A stretch of 64,000 bases of DNA from Dehalococcoidia bacterium (GTDB taxonomy: Bacteria; Chloroflexota; Dehalococcoidia; Lucifugimonadales; Lucifugimonadaceae), in NCBI GenBank assembly GCA_029936155.1, contig JAPYUK010000002.1, positions 13,786 to 77,785 of the forward strand, written 5' to 3'. Numbering within the stretch: position 1 is the stretch's first letter; each line of letters begins with the position of its first letter. The position numbers were made by a program, and so were the translations under genes. Below the pieces are notes generated by a model, which saw only the letters and a list, made by a program, of their open reading frames with translations, had not been told where the DNA came from and did not search any database. This document shows, piece after piece, positions 45,162-55,123 of this stretch.

Positions 45162-46055
45162 ATGCCCATCCCAACTTCCAATCCCATCGTTGTCGCGCCG
45201 AGTCCTACTCCTTTCAAGGCGGATGACTCTGTTGATCATGGTGCAATCGAAAGGAACGTCGAGAAGTGGTTGAAGACGCCGCTTTCGGGGTTCGTATTGA
45301 ACTCTGAGAACGGCGAGGAACAGTTCTTATCGGAAGCCGAGAGGCTTGAGATTGTTCGCACGGTGAACGCTGCTCGTGGTAGTGAGAAATTCATTGTCGG
45401 GGGAGTCGACAGTTCATCTGTAACCGATTCGATTCGGACAGCAGAAGCGCTTGTTGATGCTGGTGCGGAGATGATTCGAATCCGGATTCCACGGCTTGCC
45501 AAGGACGTCTCGGCGTACTTCGAGCAGGTCGTGCCTCGCGTGCCAGCGCCTGTGCTCGTTATTCACCAGATGGCGCCGGGAATGTTCGCCGGAGGCGAGG
45601 CACCTGTTGGAGCAGAACCCGAGGTGATCGGCGATCTGATCGATATCGACAATGTGTTCGGGTACATCGCATCTGGCAACGTCCGATTTGAGGCGCGAGT
45701 ACGGGGATTTGTGACGACCGAAAAGCCGTTCTGGCTCGGGAACGGGCTGATCGTTCTGGCAATGAGTGCGATTGGGGCGAACGGGGCTTGTCTGATGTTC
45801 GGGAACGTCGGCCCAACCGAGGTGCACCAGATCATTTCAAGCGTGATGGACGGCGATCTTGCGACCGCGCAGGAGATTCAGGCTAGGATCATCGAGGCCG
45901 ATCATCAAATTCTTAGTCGTGGCGCGCCGGGCATCAAGGCTGCACTCGACATTATGGGTTACGACGGCGGTGCGCCGAGACTACCGAATGTTGGTGTTTC
46001 GGACGGCGAACGCGAAGTGATACGGGCTGCGATGGGCGGGGCGGGGTTGGTGTGA
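45162..46055 (+). CDS. DHDPS/NAL-fold protein lacking the Schiff-base lysine
   Basis: PTPF..D.SVD, NSENGE..FLS..ER, GIKAAL...GY.GG.PRLP; the catalytic strand reads NVFGYIAS instead of N..GIKDS. Confidence 0.85.
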   Translation: MPIPTSNPIVVAPSPTPFKADDSVDHGAIERNVEKWLKTPLSGFVLNSENGEEQFLSEAERLEIVRTVNAARGSEKFIVGGVDSSSVTDSIRTAEALVDAGAEMIRIRIPRLAKDVSAYFEQVVPRVPAPVLVIHQMAPGMFAGGEAPVGAEPEVIGDLIDIDNVFGYIASGNVRFEARVRGFVTTEKPFWLGNGLIVLAMSAIGANGACLMFGNVGPTEVHQIISSVMDGDLATAQEIQARIIEADHQILSRGAPGIKAALDIMGYDGGAPRLPNVGVSDGEREVIRAAMGGAGLV

Positions 46056-46230
46056 GCCGGATGAAAGCAGTGCGTCACAAGGAATCCCTAGCCGCTCGCG
46101 AGCAATACTGAATCATGTTCAACGTGACGATATTATGGATCGATCTGGCGGTTCGCGTCTCTTCCCTCGACTAGCTGGTGGTCACCCAATCAGGCCGTGG
46201 CGGTTGTCAAGCAGAAAACGAGGCTGCGCC

Positions 46231-46900
46231 TCACCAGATAGACTAGCCGCCGTCGACTCGGAACTCCTGACCTGTGATCCATGCGCCGGCATCGGAAGCG
46301 AGGAGTGCGGCTGTTCCTTTGAGATCTTGTGCCAGCCCGATACGTTGAAGCGGAATCATGTTGCGGAAAGTCTCGACCTGATCGGCGTTAGTGCTATCCC
46401 GCGGGACCTGAGCGCTTGAATTCGGAGTTGTAGTTACGAGTGTCCATCGCCAGCGTGGATGCTATTGATCCGAGCGTGATGATTGCGCCGTTCTTTGCGG
46501 GGATCATCGCCCTGCCTGCCGACTGGGCTGTGATGTAAGTGCCGGTCAGGTTGATTTCCAGGGTTTTCCTGAACTCGTCGATGTCGCCATCGGGTAGGCA
46601 GCTTGTGGTGAACGAACCGCCGGCGTTGCAGATCGCTATGTCGAGCTGTCCGTTTTCGCTCATCACTCGGTTGACCAGTGCGTCTACCTGAGATTCTTCC
46701 GTCACATCACAGCCGGATACAGTGAAGTTCATGCCGCGTCCTCGGAGGCGTTGGGCAATTCCCTCGCGGAGTTCGGCCCATCGTGAGGGGATGTAGACCT
46801 TTGCGCCGAGGTCACACAGTGCTTCCGTGAAGGCGGTGCCCAGATGGCTTCCGCCGCCGGTGACGATTGCTGTACGGCCTGTGTTGTTGGTCTTGGTCAT
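46231..46900 (-). pseudogene. Short-chain dehydrogenase/reductase (SDR) with internal deletion, frameshift and nonsense codon
   Basis: N-part TGGGSHLG..CDVT..CNAG..LGSIAS stops at RSGPAG*; another frame resumes PRDSTNADQ..IPLQRIG..DLKG..LLASDA..ITGQ..VDGG*SIW. The YxxxK segment is missing. Confidence 0.82.
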
Positions 46901-47081
46901 AAGGCGTTTGAGCGATAGCTCCGGGTGTCCGAGGCGGACTTGATCACAGCGAGTGTGACGCGGCGTTTGAGGTTATTCGCTGGCGTGCCTACGTTAGGGT
47001 TCGGGCGTTCATTCGCACTTTGGGACTCGGGCGGGTCACGCGGCGTTCAGGGTTATTCGGTGACATGTGTCCTTCGACGGC

Positions 47082-48134
47082 TCATGAGGGCATCTGAAAT
47101 GCATGGCGGAGTTTCAGGGTGCGTTCGGAAGGTTGGTACCAGCCTTGATCGGCGTACTGGTCGGTGTGAAGATAGCACTGGACTCGTACTTCGTCAGAGC
47201 CTTCAGTGAAGGTGAAAAGGCGGCTCATGGGTATTGAATTTCGCTTGCCGTGGTAGCGGGTGACCGCCGATACGTTCACAAAATTCGCACCCCATTTCCG
47301 CTCAACGTGCGATCGACCTCCGGTTGTATCGTCGGGATGAGTGTGGGTATGCGCGCCGAGCCAGAAGTCGATAGCAGGCTGGTTTTCATCTAAAAAATTC
47401 TCGATACGGCCGTCGTCTTTTTGCCCGCCGACCCAGTAGATAAATGAAGACCCCGGTGCGCCGCCATCGGGCATTCGCCCGTGATAACCCTCGTCACAGC
47501 CTTCGTTCAGCCCCGACGCCACCGTAGTTTCTTTCACCATGAGATGGTGCGTTGTGACGACGATCTTGTCTTTGTTTTCGGCGACCTTGTTCTTCCACCA
47601 CCGGAAGGTCTCTTCGGATATTGCACCCGCCGGATATCCGCCAAACTCACCACGCCCGATAGGCGGGCCGTTGTCGTTGCGGTCGGCGAGCATCAGGAAG
47701 ACGATGTTGCCTACCTCGAACGAGTAGTTGTCCCATGTTCCTGAGGTCGGATACGGGCGTTTAGAGTTGTCGATCCCTGAATACTCTGTGCTTTCGCCGG
47801 TGGGGTCGATCCACTTCTTGAACCACCACTGCGTCGGCTCATCGACACCAGACGCATCATGGTTTCCGATCACATCGTAAAAATGCTCTCGTCCGTGCTG
47901 CTTTGCCGAGGCGTACTGAGCGACAACGAGCTCGCCCTCTTCGTCATCTGGCGGAAGTTGTGATCCAGAAAAATCGCCAAGATTCACCGCTATGTCGAAA
48001 CCGCCTGATTGCCCGGGGCCGTTCGGCCACGACTCGGCGTGCTGGATCACCTCTTCAAGTGAACGCCTGCCAAATTTGATCTCGGTCCCGACGTGTACAT
48101 CTGACAGCCCCCACAGACGAAATGTCCGAGCCAA
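47082..48134 (-). CDS. Calcineurin-like metallophosphoesterase
   Basis: SDVHVG, NLGDFS, IGNHD, TTHH, GAHTHTH motifs; TTG start at 48134 after AAAGGTG. Confidence 0.8.
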   Translation of the reverse strand: MARTFRLWGLSDVHVGTEIKFGRRSLEEVIQHAESWPNGPGQSGGFDIAVNLGDFSGSQLPPDDEEGELVVAQYASAKQHGREHFYDVIGNHDASGVDEPTQWWFKKWIDPTGESTEYSGIDNSKRPYPTSGTWDNYSFEVGNIVFLMLADRNDNGPPIGRGEFGGYPAGAISEETFRWWKNKVAENKDKIVVTTHHLMVKETTVASGLNEGCDEGYHGRMPDGGAPGSSFIYWVGGQKDDGRIENFLDENQPAIDFWLGAHTHTHPDDTTGGRSHVERKWGANFVNVSAVTRYHGKRNSIPMSRLFTFTEGSDEVRVQCYLHTDQYADQGWYQPSERTLKLRHAFQMPS

Positions 48135-48327
48135 TATTCCAACACCTTTCAATTTGAATGCTCCGACCGGCGAAGGTCTAATTGCCAGCATCATAGCTGC
48201 ATCAGAATCGTTCGTGTCATGTCGCCAGATCGAAACAGAGACCGTCAGCGGGCGTATACTCCCGCCGCGAAAGCATGATCGTTCGGGGGCAACCTGTTGC
48301 CCTCCCCCTTAACCGTACGGAGTACAT

Positions 48328-49485
48328 ATGCCAGCAATCACCAGCGTCGAATTCAGACAATTTTCGGCCAATCACCACAACGCCCAGCGCAACTGGTTGC
48401 TGGTGAAGCTAAACACCGACGATCCCAACGTCTACGGCATTGGCGACGCATCGCCGATGCAGGACGACGCCCTTGTGATGGCGATGATCGAGGTGATGGT
48501 GGCGAAGCATCTCGTTGGCAAAGACCCGCTCGAATCTGAGGTTCACTGGACGAACCTATATCAGGACATTCAGGCGCGCGGCGGTCGAATTGCGACGACA
48601 GCACTCTCTGGTATCGATATTGCTATCTGGGATCTGAAGGGCAAGATTCTCGATCAGCCCGTATGGAAGCTGCTCGGTGGTGCACACCGCAAAAGCATCC
48701 GGGTCTATGCAAACGGCTGGTACACGAACCCCGGGACGCCAGAGCAAAACGCTGAAGAAGCCAAGATCGTTACGGGCATGGGTTATACGGCTTTAAAATT
48801 TGATCCGTTCGGACAGCACAACTACTACAAACTGTCGCTAGAAGAGGCGCAACTTGCTGAAGACCGCGTTGCCGCGGTTCGAAAAGCGGTCGGCCCGAAC
48901 GTAGATATTCTTGTTGAGGCGCACGCCAAGTTCGACGTGATGAACGCGATCCAGATCGGATTACGGTTAGAGGAGTATAGGCCACTTTTCTACGAAGAGC
49001 CTGTTTCTCAGGAGCGCGTTTCAGAGCTACTGGAGGTTCGCAACAAGGTGAACATTCCAATCGCTACTGGCGAGCGGCTTTACACAAAGTTCCCGTTTGC
49101 TGAGATTGTTGATCGGCACGCGGCGGACGTGCTGCAGCCAGATATTGCGAATGCTGGCGGTATCACTGAACTAAAGAAGATAGCGATCATCGCCGAGGCA
49201 AAGCACATCACAATGGCTCCCCATAACGTGTGCTCGCCCGTTGGGGCGATGGCAGAGTTGCATCTCGACGCGTCGATCATCAACTTCGAGATCCAGGAGT
49301 ACCATGCCGAGTTCTACACGGAACACTACTTCACCGTCTTAGACGGATTTACCAGACAGAAGGATGGCTACGTCGAGCTTTCGGATGCTCCGGGTCTTGG
49401 GCTTGATTTCAACGAGACGGAGATCGCTGCGCACCCACCGCTGAAGCAGACGACATCGGCAGGCGGCACGGTGAGGGGCATCTGA
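48328..49485 (+). CDS. Mandelate racemase family acid-sugar dehydratase (DgoD-like)
   Basis: RNWLLVK, IDIAIWDLKGK, VYANGWY, ALKFDPF, VEAH, FYEEP, ATGER, QPD, APHN. Confidence 0.92.
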   Translation: MPAITSVEFRQFSANHHNAQRNWLLVKLNTDDPNVYGIGDASPMQDDALVMAMIEVMVAKHLVGKDPLESEVHWTNLYQDIQARGGRIATTALSGIDIAIWDLKGKILDQPVWKLLGGAHRKSIRVYANGWYTNPGTPEQNAEEAKIVTGMGYTALKFDPFGQHNYYKLSLEEAQLAEDRVAAVRKAVGPNVDILVEAHAKFDVMNAIQIGLRLEEYRPLFYEEPVSQERVSELLEVRNKVNIPIATGERLYTKFPFAEIVDRHAADVLQPDIANAGGITELKKIAIIAEAKHITMAPHNVCSPVGAMAELHLDASIINFEIQEYHAEFYTEHYFTVLDGFTRQKDGYVELSDAPGLGLDFNETEIAAHPPLKQTTSAGGTVRGI

Positions 49486-49616
49486 GGTGCCATCGGCTCG
49501 TTTTCTGAGCTGGTGACAGCTGCTTGAAGAACATCAATTTGGACGATATTAACGACGAACCAACTGCCTAATCGAGGCCTAACTTAAACGCCCCAGCGGG
49601 GCGAAGGGACTACATA

Positions 49617-50366
49617 ATGATCAACAATTCAATTCTTGAGGCGAATAAGGAAGGTCGGAAGGCGCTTGTATTCGCACTGGCTCATCCTGACCTGTACATG
49701 ATCGAGATGGCGGCCCATGTTGGGTTCGAGGCCATCACGATTGACGGCGAGCATGGGGCATTTCCTGAAGACGCTATCGACGATATCTGCCGAACGGCGA
49801 ACGCACTTGGCATGTCGGTGATCGCTCGTGTTCCCGATTCGGTGGCATACCAGATCAACCTGTATCTCGACCGCGGGATCCAGGGTGTTACCGGTCCGCA
49901 CATCAACTCGGGTGCAGAGGCACAGGCGTTTGCTGATGCGTGTCTATTCCCGACGGACGGTAAGCGATCCTGGGGTGGCGGGCGCGGAACTGAATTCAAC
50001 GACCAGGTGCTTCTTGACGAGAAGTACGGTGGAAAGCTCGGCTTCGCCAAATGGTCGAATGCCAACATGCTTGTCGTTGCTCAGATTGAAGACAAGAAGG
50101 CCTGGGACAATCTCGACGATATTCTGGCGGTGCCCGGGCTTTCGGGTGTGACAGGTGGACCACACGATTTCGCACAGTCGCTTGGCCACCCCGGTGAACC
50201 GGACCACCCGGATCGAATTGCAGCAACACTCGACGTTGAGACACGGGCGAGGGCGGCTGGTAAGTCGGCCGGTGGTGATCTTACGACGGGCATCGGGATT
50301 GCTGAGCTAATGCTTGGCGAAGCACGTGCATTTGTCGCAGCACATAAGGGCGACAAGGTGTCCTAG
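49617..50366 (+). CDS. HpcH/HpaI class II pyruvate aldolase family
   Basis: IDGEHG, ARVP, LDRG.QG..PH, G.RSWG, AQIED, GPHDFAQSLG. Confidence 0.9.
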   Translation: MINNSILEANKEGRKALVFALAHPDLYMIEMAAHVGFEAITIDGEHGAFPEDAIDDICRTANALGMSVIARVPDSVAYQINLYLDRGIQGVTGPHINSGAEAQAFADACLFPTDGKRSWGGGRGTEFNDQVLLDEKYGGKLGFAKWSNANMLVVAQIEDKKAWDNLDDILAVPGLSGVTGGPHDFAQSLGHPGEPDHPDRIAATLDVETRARAAGKSAGGDLTTGIGIAELMLGEARAFVAAHKGDKVS

Positions 50367-50811
50367 GTTTCGTAGGTGCCATAGCCACGTTTTCTTTAGG
50401 TCTTAGTGGCCTCAGGGTGATCGGTTTGGCACGATCTGCTGAGGTAGTCGTAAACATGATGCTCCCTGCTGTGTTCGTAATAGCAACCCGCGAAGTGCAA
50501 TCAAACTTCAACGCAGCTCAAGAATCGGGCAATTGAATTCTATTCGTCGCATCCCAAGCTGGCCAAGAATTCGGTTACCAAAGAGGCAAAAGTAGTCCTT
50601 GGTGTAGATTTTCAGATACCGAAAATCACGAATGCACGTGAACAGCAGAAGTTGATTGCGCTCTATCAAGAGATGATTCGAATGGCCGTCAGGCCACGCC
50701 AGCCGCGACTGCCGGGCAAGTAGCGCTAAATCCGAAACCTAAATACCTTGCCCACAACTTACTTGGATTCCAATTGTCCAACGGTCACACTTACGCGATA
50801 CGATTACAGTC

Positions 50812-51384
50812 ATGGCAGTTGAAACCAGTCCCGACCGCGATCGGCCAACAAGTACCAGCATCGAAAACATTTCGAGTAACTCACCCGCTCCTAAAAACGG
50901 GTTGTTGCCCGGCGAGCGGGTGATTGCAGAACTAAAGTCAACCGATGACGGTAGATTTGAACTAACCCACGCCCGAGTCATCTTCAACGGTGGTTCCGAA
51001 TCTGACACCGTATATGCGTCAGCCCGGCTGAAGGACATCGACTCGGTGCGGGTATCGCGTCGTCCCCGTGCGCGTCGAAGTGCAGCATGGGGTGTCGTCG
51101 GGCTGTTTGCCGCAATCGGTGTGTGGCAGATGACGCCGAGTTCAACAGTCGGGATCACCGCCGGTGCAGCAGTGGCGATCATTTCGCTAATACTGCTCGG
51201 AGACTACTGGATCCGACCTGCCGGGGTTCATATCGATTTTCAAACCAGTGGCGGAACGATAAGCGGTGAAGTCGGGGGTAAAGCGTCGCAGGCACTGGGA
51301 TTCGCCCGCAGCGTTGAGGATGCTCGCCGTCGGATAGTACCGAGTCGAATCAACATCCCGTACCGTAACTACCCATCCAGCTGA
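50812..51384 (+). CDS. Hypothetical membrane protein with bacterial PH-like domain
   Basis: GERVIAEL..FELTHARVIF..LKDIDSV pattern followed by a TM hairpin. Confidence 0.6.
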   Translation: MAVETSPDRDRPTSTSIENISSNSPAPKNGLLPGERVIAELKSTDDGRFELTHARVIFNGGSESDTVYASARLKDIDSVRVSRRPRARRSAAWGVVGLFAAIGVWQMTPSSTVGITAGAAVAIISLILLGDYWIRPAGVHIDFQTSGGTISGEVGGKASQALGFARSVEDARRRIVPSRINIPYRNYPSS

Positions 51385-51431
51385 ACGTTCCGGTTAGCCA
51401 CCATCAACGACCCTCGGTGGCCGAAATGTGG

Positions 51432-52496
51432 CTACGTCACTGGCAGCGATGTTGTTCCAATTCTCAGACTCGGAATCACATCAAGGTCCCAGTCGTCCCG
51501 GCGTCCATTTCTGTAGTTAATCAGACCACTCATAGCGATCATCGCACCATTGTCGGTACACAGCTTGAACGGTGGTATAGCAACGGGTAGGGGGGATTTC
51601 TCAACCAGCGTCTCTCGCAGTGGTCCGTTCGCAGCGACTCCCCCAACGAGGACGATTCCTGCGCAGTTTTCACGTATTGCCGCGGCTATCGTTTTGGTCA
51701 CCAGTACATCAACAACTGAATCCTGAAATGCCTTTGCAATCCCAGCGACAACACTCGGATCAACTGGTTCGCCAGACGCTGATGGCGGATAGATACCCAG
51801 TTTTCTAGCCCTGTTCAGTACCGCGGTCTTCAAACCACTGAACGAAAAATTATCGGTGCCCTGCATCCATGCCCGCGGCAACGGCTCTGCATCTGGTGCA
51901 CCCTCGGCGACCCGTTGAATTTCGGGGCCGCCCGGGTAGCGTAGTCCCAAAACGCGCGCTACCTTGTCGAACGCCTCACCCGCTGCATCATCTCGTGTTT
52001 CCCCTAGAAGTCTGAATACGCCGTGTCCTTCGAGGAGGACCAGCTCGGTGTGCCCACCTGAAACCACAAGACACATGATCGGTTGCTCGCCCACCAGTTC
52101 TTGAAACGGCATGAGGCCATGATCACCCATTCTTGCCCATGCACCGTAGACGTGCCCATCCATGTGATTCACGCCGACCAACGAGACACCGAGCGAAGAC
52201 GCGAGCGCTTTTGAAAAATTCAATCCGACGATCAGTGATCCGGCCAGGCCAGGGCCATGCGTAGCGGCTACCGCGTCGATGTCACCCCAATCGATCCCGG
52301 CTTCAGTGATCGCCTTCTCGCACACAGGGAGGATATCGAGCACATGTTGCCGCGAGGCTACTTCGGGGACGATCCCACCGTAGCGGGCATGTATGTCTAC
52401 CTGAGTGGCGATCACGTTGGCCAGCACACTCCCCTCGCCGTCTACAACTCCGACGGAGGTTTCATCACAGCTTGTTTCGATTCCTAGGATTTTCAT
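51432..52496 (-). CDS. tsaD: tRNA N6-adenosine threonylcarbamoyltransferase
   Basis: LGIETSCDET, GGIVPEVASRQH, GPGL, NHMDGH, VSGGHT, DDAAGEAFDK, FSFSGLKT, CTDNGAMI. Confidence 0.98.
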   Translation of the reverse strand: MKILGIETSCDETSVGVVDGEGSVLANVIATQVDIHARYGGIVPEVASRQHVLDILPVCEKAITEAGIDWGDIDAVAATHGPGLAGSLIVGLNFSKALASSLGVSLVGVNHMDGHVYGAWARMGDHGLMPFQELVGEQPIMCLVVSGGHTELVLLEGHGVFRLLGETRDDAAGEAFDKVARVLGLRYPGGPEIQRVAEGAPDAEPLPRAWMQGTDNFSFSGLKTAVLNRARKLGIYPPSASGEPVDPSVVAGIAKAFQDSVVDVLVTKTIAAAIRENCAGIVLVGGVAANGPLRETLVEKSPLPVAIPPFKLCTDNGAMIAMSGLINYRNGRRDDWDLDVIPSLRIGTTSLPVT

Positions 52497-52675
52497 TGGA
52501 ATAAGTTAATACGTTAAATGTGGCCGTCGTCTTGGTGAAACTGACCACTTAAACCAAGTACTACGCAGCATAATTGATGATCGTTGGGCGGGATGTCTGA
52601 ATAATGGGGCTAATTTATTTTACGACTGGTTTAGCAGGTAAATACTGAACAGCACCTCTCCGAGACAAGGCTATT

Positions 52676-52876
52676 TTGGAATCAAGTAATTGGCCAAAGT
52701 GCATGAGTTGTAATGAAGGCCGTCTTGTGCCATTGTCTGACTTCGGTGCTCAGGGTGCGGCAGCCCACTACAAGGCTTGGGTCTGCGCTAATCCCGAGTG
52801 TGAGTTCAACTTAAAAATACGAAACGGTGAAATCCACCTCAACGAGCCGATCATCCGAGGCGCTCGCGTCCGATAG
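52676..52876 (+). CDS. Small zinc-finger protein of unknown function
   Basis: PKCMSC..G.LVPLSDFG...YKAWVCANPEC: C4 ribbon, divergent from tsaD. Confidence 0.72.
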   Translation: MESSNWPKCMSCNEGRLVPLSDFGAQGAAAHYKAWVCANPECEFNLKIRNGEIHLNEPIIRGARVR

Positions 52877-52927
52877 CATTGAGCCATCCAATCCGCATCG
52901 ATCACTCGGTCGTATTCGGAAACAAGC

Positions 52928-53836
52928 ATGGCAAAACCCAATCCCTCATCAACTCCCCCCGATCAGCTCCCGCGTTTAAGTTCCAGACGTAACCAGAGAT
53001 CGATATCTACGATTGCCGCATACGTAGTCGTGGTACTTGGTCTCACTTTGATCTTCATCTCAGGGTTCTACGCCTACTCCCGTTCCCGGTCGGGTTCCGA
53101 TGCTGCTGATTTCGCCTACTCGATTTCAGACAATGCTCTTGGCGATCATCTTGGCAGATCTGCTCCAGCGGTTGGCAACGGGGCCATTGACGGCGAGACG
53201 CCGATTCCGCTCGAGTTGAAAGCCCCTGATGTTGCGCAATTCGCGAGCCTTTACCCGGGCGGGCGGCTGAATCCTAAGTACTGGTCTGAGCCAGAATGGG
53301 CGGGTTCCGATCCCTTTGGCGGACCGACAATTCCGGATGATTTCATCCCTGTTCTTTCGACCGATCTTGTCCGAGATTTCGATCCTAATACAGAGGCGGT
53401 GAGGATAAGAATCCCCTCTATCAACGTCGATTCGACAGTAGCGGAACTGGGGGTCATCGATCTAGGCGATCAGAGATCGTACGAGACCCCCAACAATACG
53501 GTTGGCCATATCCCCGAAACATCGTTACCTGGCCAGCAGGGAAATGGTTGGTTCTTTGCTCATCTTGAGAGCTTCGTCGGACAGGAAGGGAACATCTTCC
53601 GACACTTGCCGGAAATTTCCGAGTTGATCAAGCAGGATCCGGTCGATGTATATCTAGTAACTCCAGATTCCGAATATATTTATCGAGTAACTGGTACAAA
53701 TCAGATTCACCAGGACGATCTCGAGTTGACGAATTCAGACGATGCCCAAATCACACTTGTCACATGTTGGCCGCCTCGGGTTTACGATCAGCGAGTGCTT
53801 GTTGATGCGATTCTGATCGCGTATCGGCCTATCTAA
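52928..53836 (+). CDS. Sortase (class D/E/F-like)
   Basis: N-terminal TM, RIRIPSINVD, GHIPET.LPGQQGN..FAH, ITLVTCWP...R (His-Cys-Arg triad). Confidence 0.9.
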   Translation: MAKPNPSSTPPDQLPRLSSRRNQRSISTIAAYVVVVLGLTLIFISGFYAYSRSRSGSDAADFAYSISDNALGDHLGRSAPAVGNGAIDGETPIPLELKAPDVAQFASLYPGGRLNPKYWSEPEWAGSDPFGGPTIPDDFIPVLSTDLVRDFDPNTEAVRIRIPSINVDSTVAELGVIDLGDQRSYETPNNTVGHIPETSLPGQQGNGWFFAHLESFVGQEGNIFRHLPEISELIKQDPVDVYLVTPDSEYIYRVTGTNQIHQDDLELTNSDDAQITLVTCWPPRVYDQRVLVDAILIAYRPI

Positions 53837-54010
53837 TTCTCGAACCAATTTCAGCACTGTAGTACATGTCGTTCATTCTCGACCAAATTCTCACACCGAA
53901 TTGCCTGTTTCTGCGCGATCATTGAACGCCGATGGATCCAAGATCCTCTGCGGGCTGCCGAACATCAGCCATTAACCCCTCGTAATCTTCTATTTCAAAA
54001 CTGGGTAACT

Positions 54011-55111
54011 ATGGAATCGTCTGACCGCGCGCCAGAAAAACCAGTAACCGACACCGAAATCGGAACCAAAACTCCAACCTGGAAAGACAAGGTACTGCTG
54101 ATCCTGCTTTCGATAGCTGTGTTCGGTGTGATTCTGCAGATAACGCTTGGTGGTGTTGTTCGAGTATCCGGTTCTGGCGATGGTTGCCCCGACTGGCCAA
54201 CGTGTTTCGGCCAGATATTCCCACCGCTCGATCAGGCTACTATCGATCGACTGTACGATGGCCCGCGGGCCACGACGCCCCGACCGCACAATGTTCTCTT
54301 GGAGTACAGCCACCGTTCTGTTGGCACGCTACTTGGCCTTACAATTATTGCAGCGGTGATTCGTGTCTGGATGCGGCATCGAGCGAACAGAGTCGTTGCG
54401 TGGCTCGCCACCGCCGAACTCGGGCTGATCTTCATCGTCGGTATGCTCGGCGGTTTGGTTGTACTTCGAGATCTTGACCCCGCTATTAGGACAGTTCACC
54501 TGTTTCTTGCTGAAATTGTGGCCTTCTTAGGGATCATGGCACTCGTGGCGGCTTCATATTCTAGAAATGGGGTCGCGGGCAGCAGTTCGCCGTGGCTCTG
54601 GGGCAGGGTAAGCGACGAGCATCGCAGCGCTTTGAAGCTTGCGGCGATCGCGGGAGTGCTTTCGCTGGTCACCCTTCTTTCTGGTTCGTACGCAGTGTGG
54701 AAAGAGGCTGGGGCGGTCTGTGCGTCATGGCCTTTCTGCGGAGGCGACTTTATTCCGCAGTCGACTCTGGTGTGGATCCACATGACACACCGTTTGCTGT
54801 CGTTCGTGGCGATCGTGCTGGTTCTGATTGCGGGGCACCGTGTATGGCGTTTGCCGAACATTTCGGGAGCACTTAAAACTGCAGCAGTTGCCTCGGCATT
54901 TTTTATTTTCGCCCAGATGATGATGGGTGCAGCAAACCCATGGACAACGTTCGCAGTTTGGGCTCGAGCGGGTCACCTCAGCCTTGCGACTCTGGTGTGG
55001 GTCGACATGATATTTATCGTTGCGCTACTGCTTCGGCCTGTTTCGGGGCGTGATCCTGATGCGGTGCCTCTAGCTGGCAGCGCTGAAACCGAGAGCCTGA
55101 AGAACGGCTAA
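54011..55111 (+). CDS. ctaA: Heme A synthase (CtaA/COX15)
   Basis: GGVVRVSGSGDGCPDWPTC, EYSHR, H..LA, IHMTHR, GHL. Confidence 0.92.
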   Translation: MESSDRAPEKPVTDTEIGTKTPTWKDKVLLILLSIAVFGVILQITLGGVVRVSGSGDGCPDWPTCFGQIFPPLDQATIDRLYDGPRATTPRPHNVLLEYSHRSVGTLLGLTIIAAVIRVWMRHRANRVVAWLATAELGLIFIVGMLGGLVVLRDLDPAIRTVHLFLAEIVAFLGIMALVAASYSRNGVAGSSSPWLWGRVSDEHRSALKLAAIAGVLSLVTLLSGSYAVWKEAGAVCASWPFCGGDFIPQSTLVWIHMTHRLLSFVAIVLVLIAGHRVWRLPNISGALKTAAVASAFFIFAQMMMGAANPWTTFAVWARAGHLSLATLVWVDMIFIVALLLRPVSGRDPDAVPLAGSAETESLKNG

Positions 55112-55123
55112 ACTCTCTTACCA

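Noticed and set aside
50484-50723. Open frame (..KNRAIEFYSSHPKLAK..LIALYQEMIRM..) after the HpcH gene
   Set aside because: No upstream start codon and no recognisable family; may be a remnant but I cannot support it
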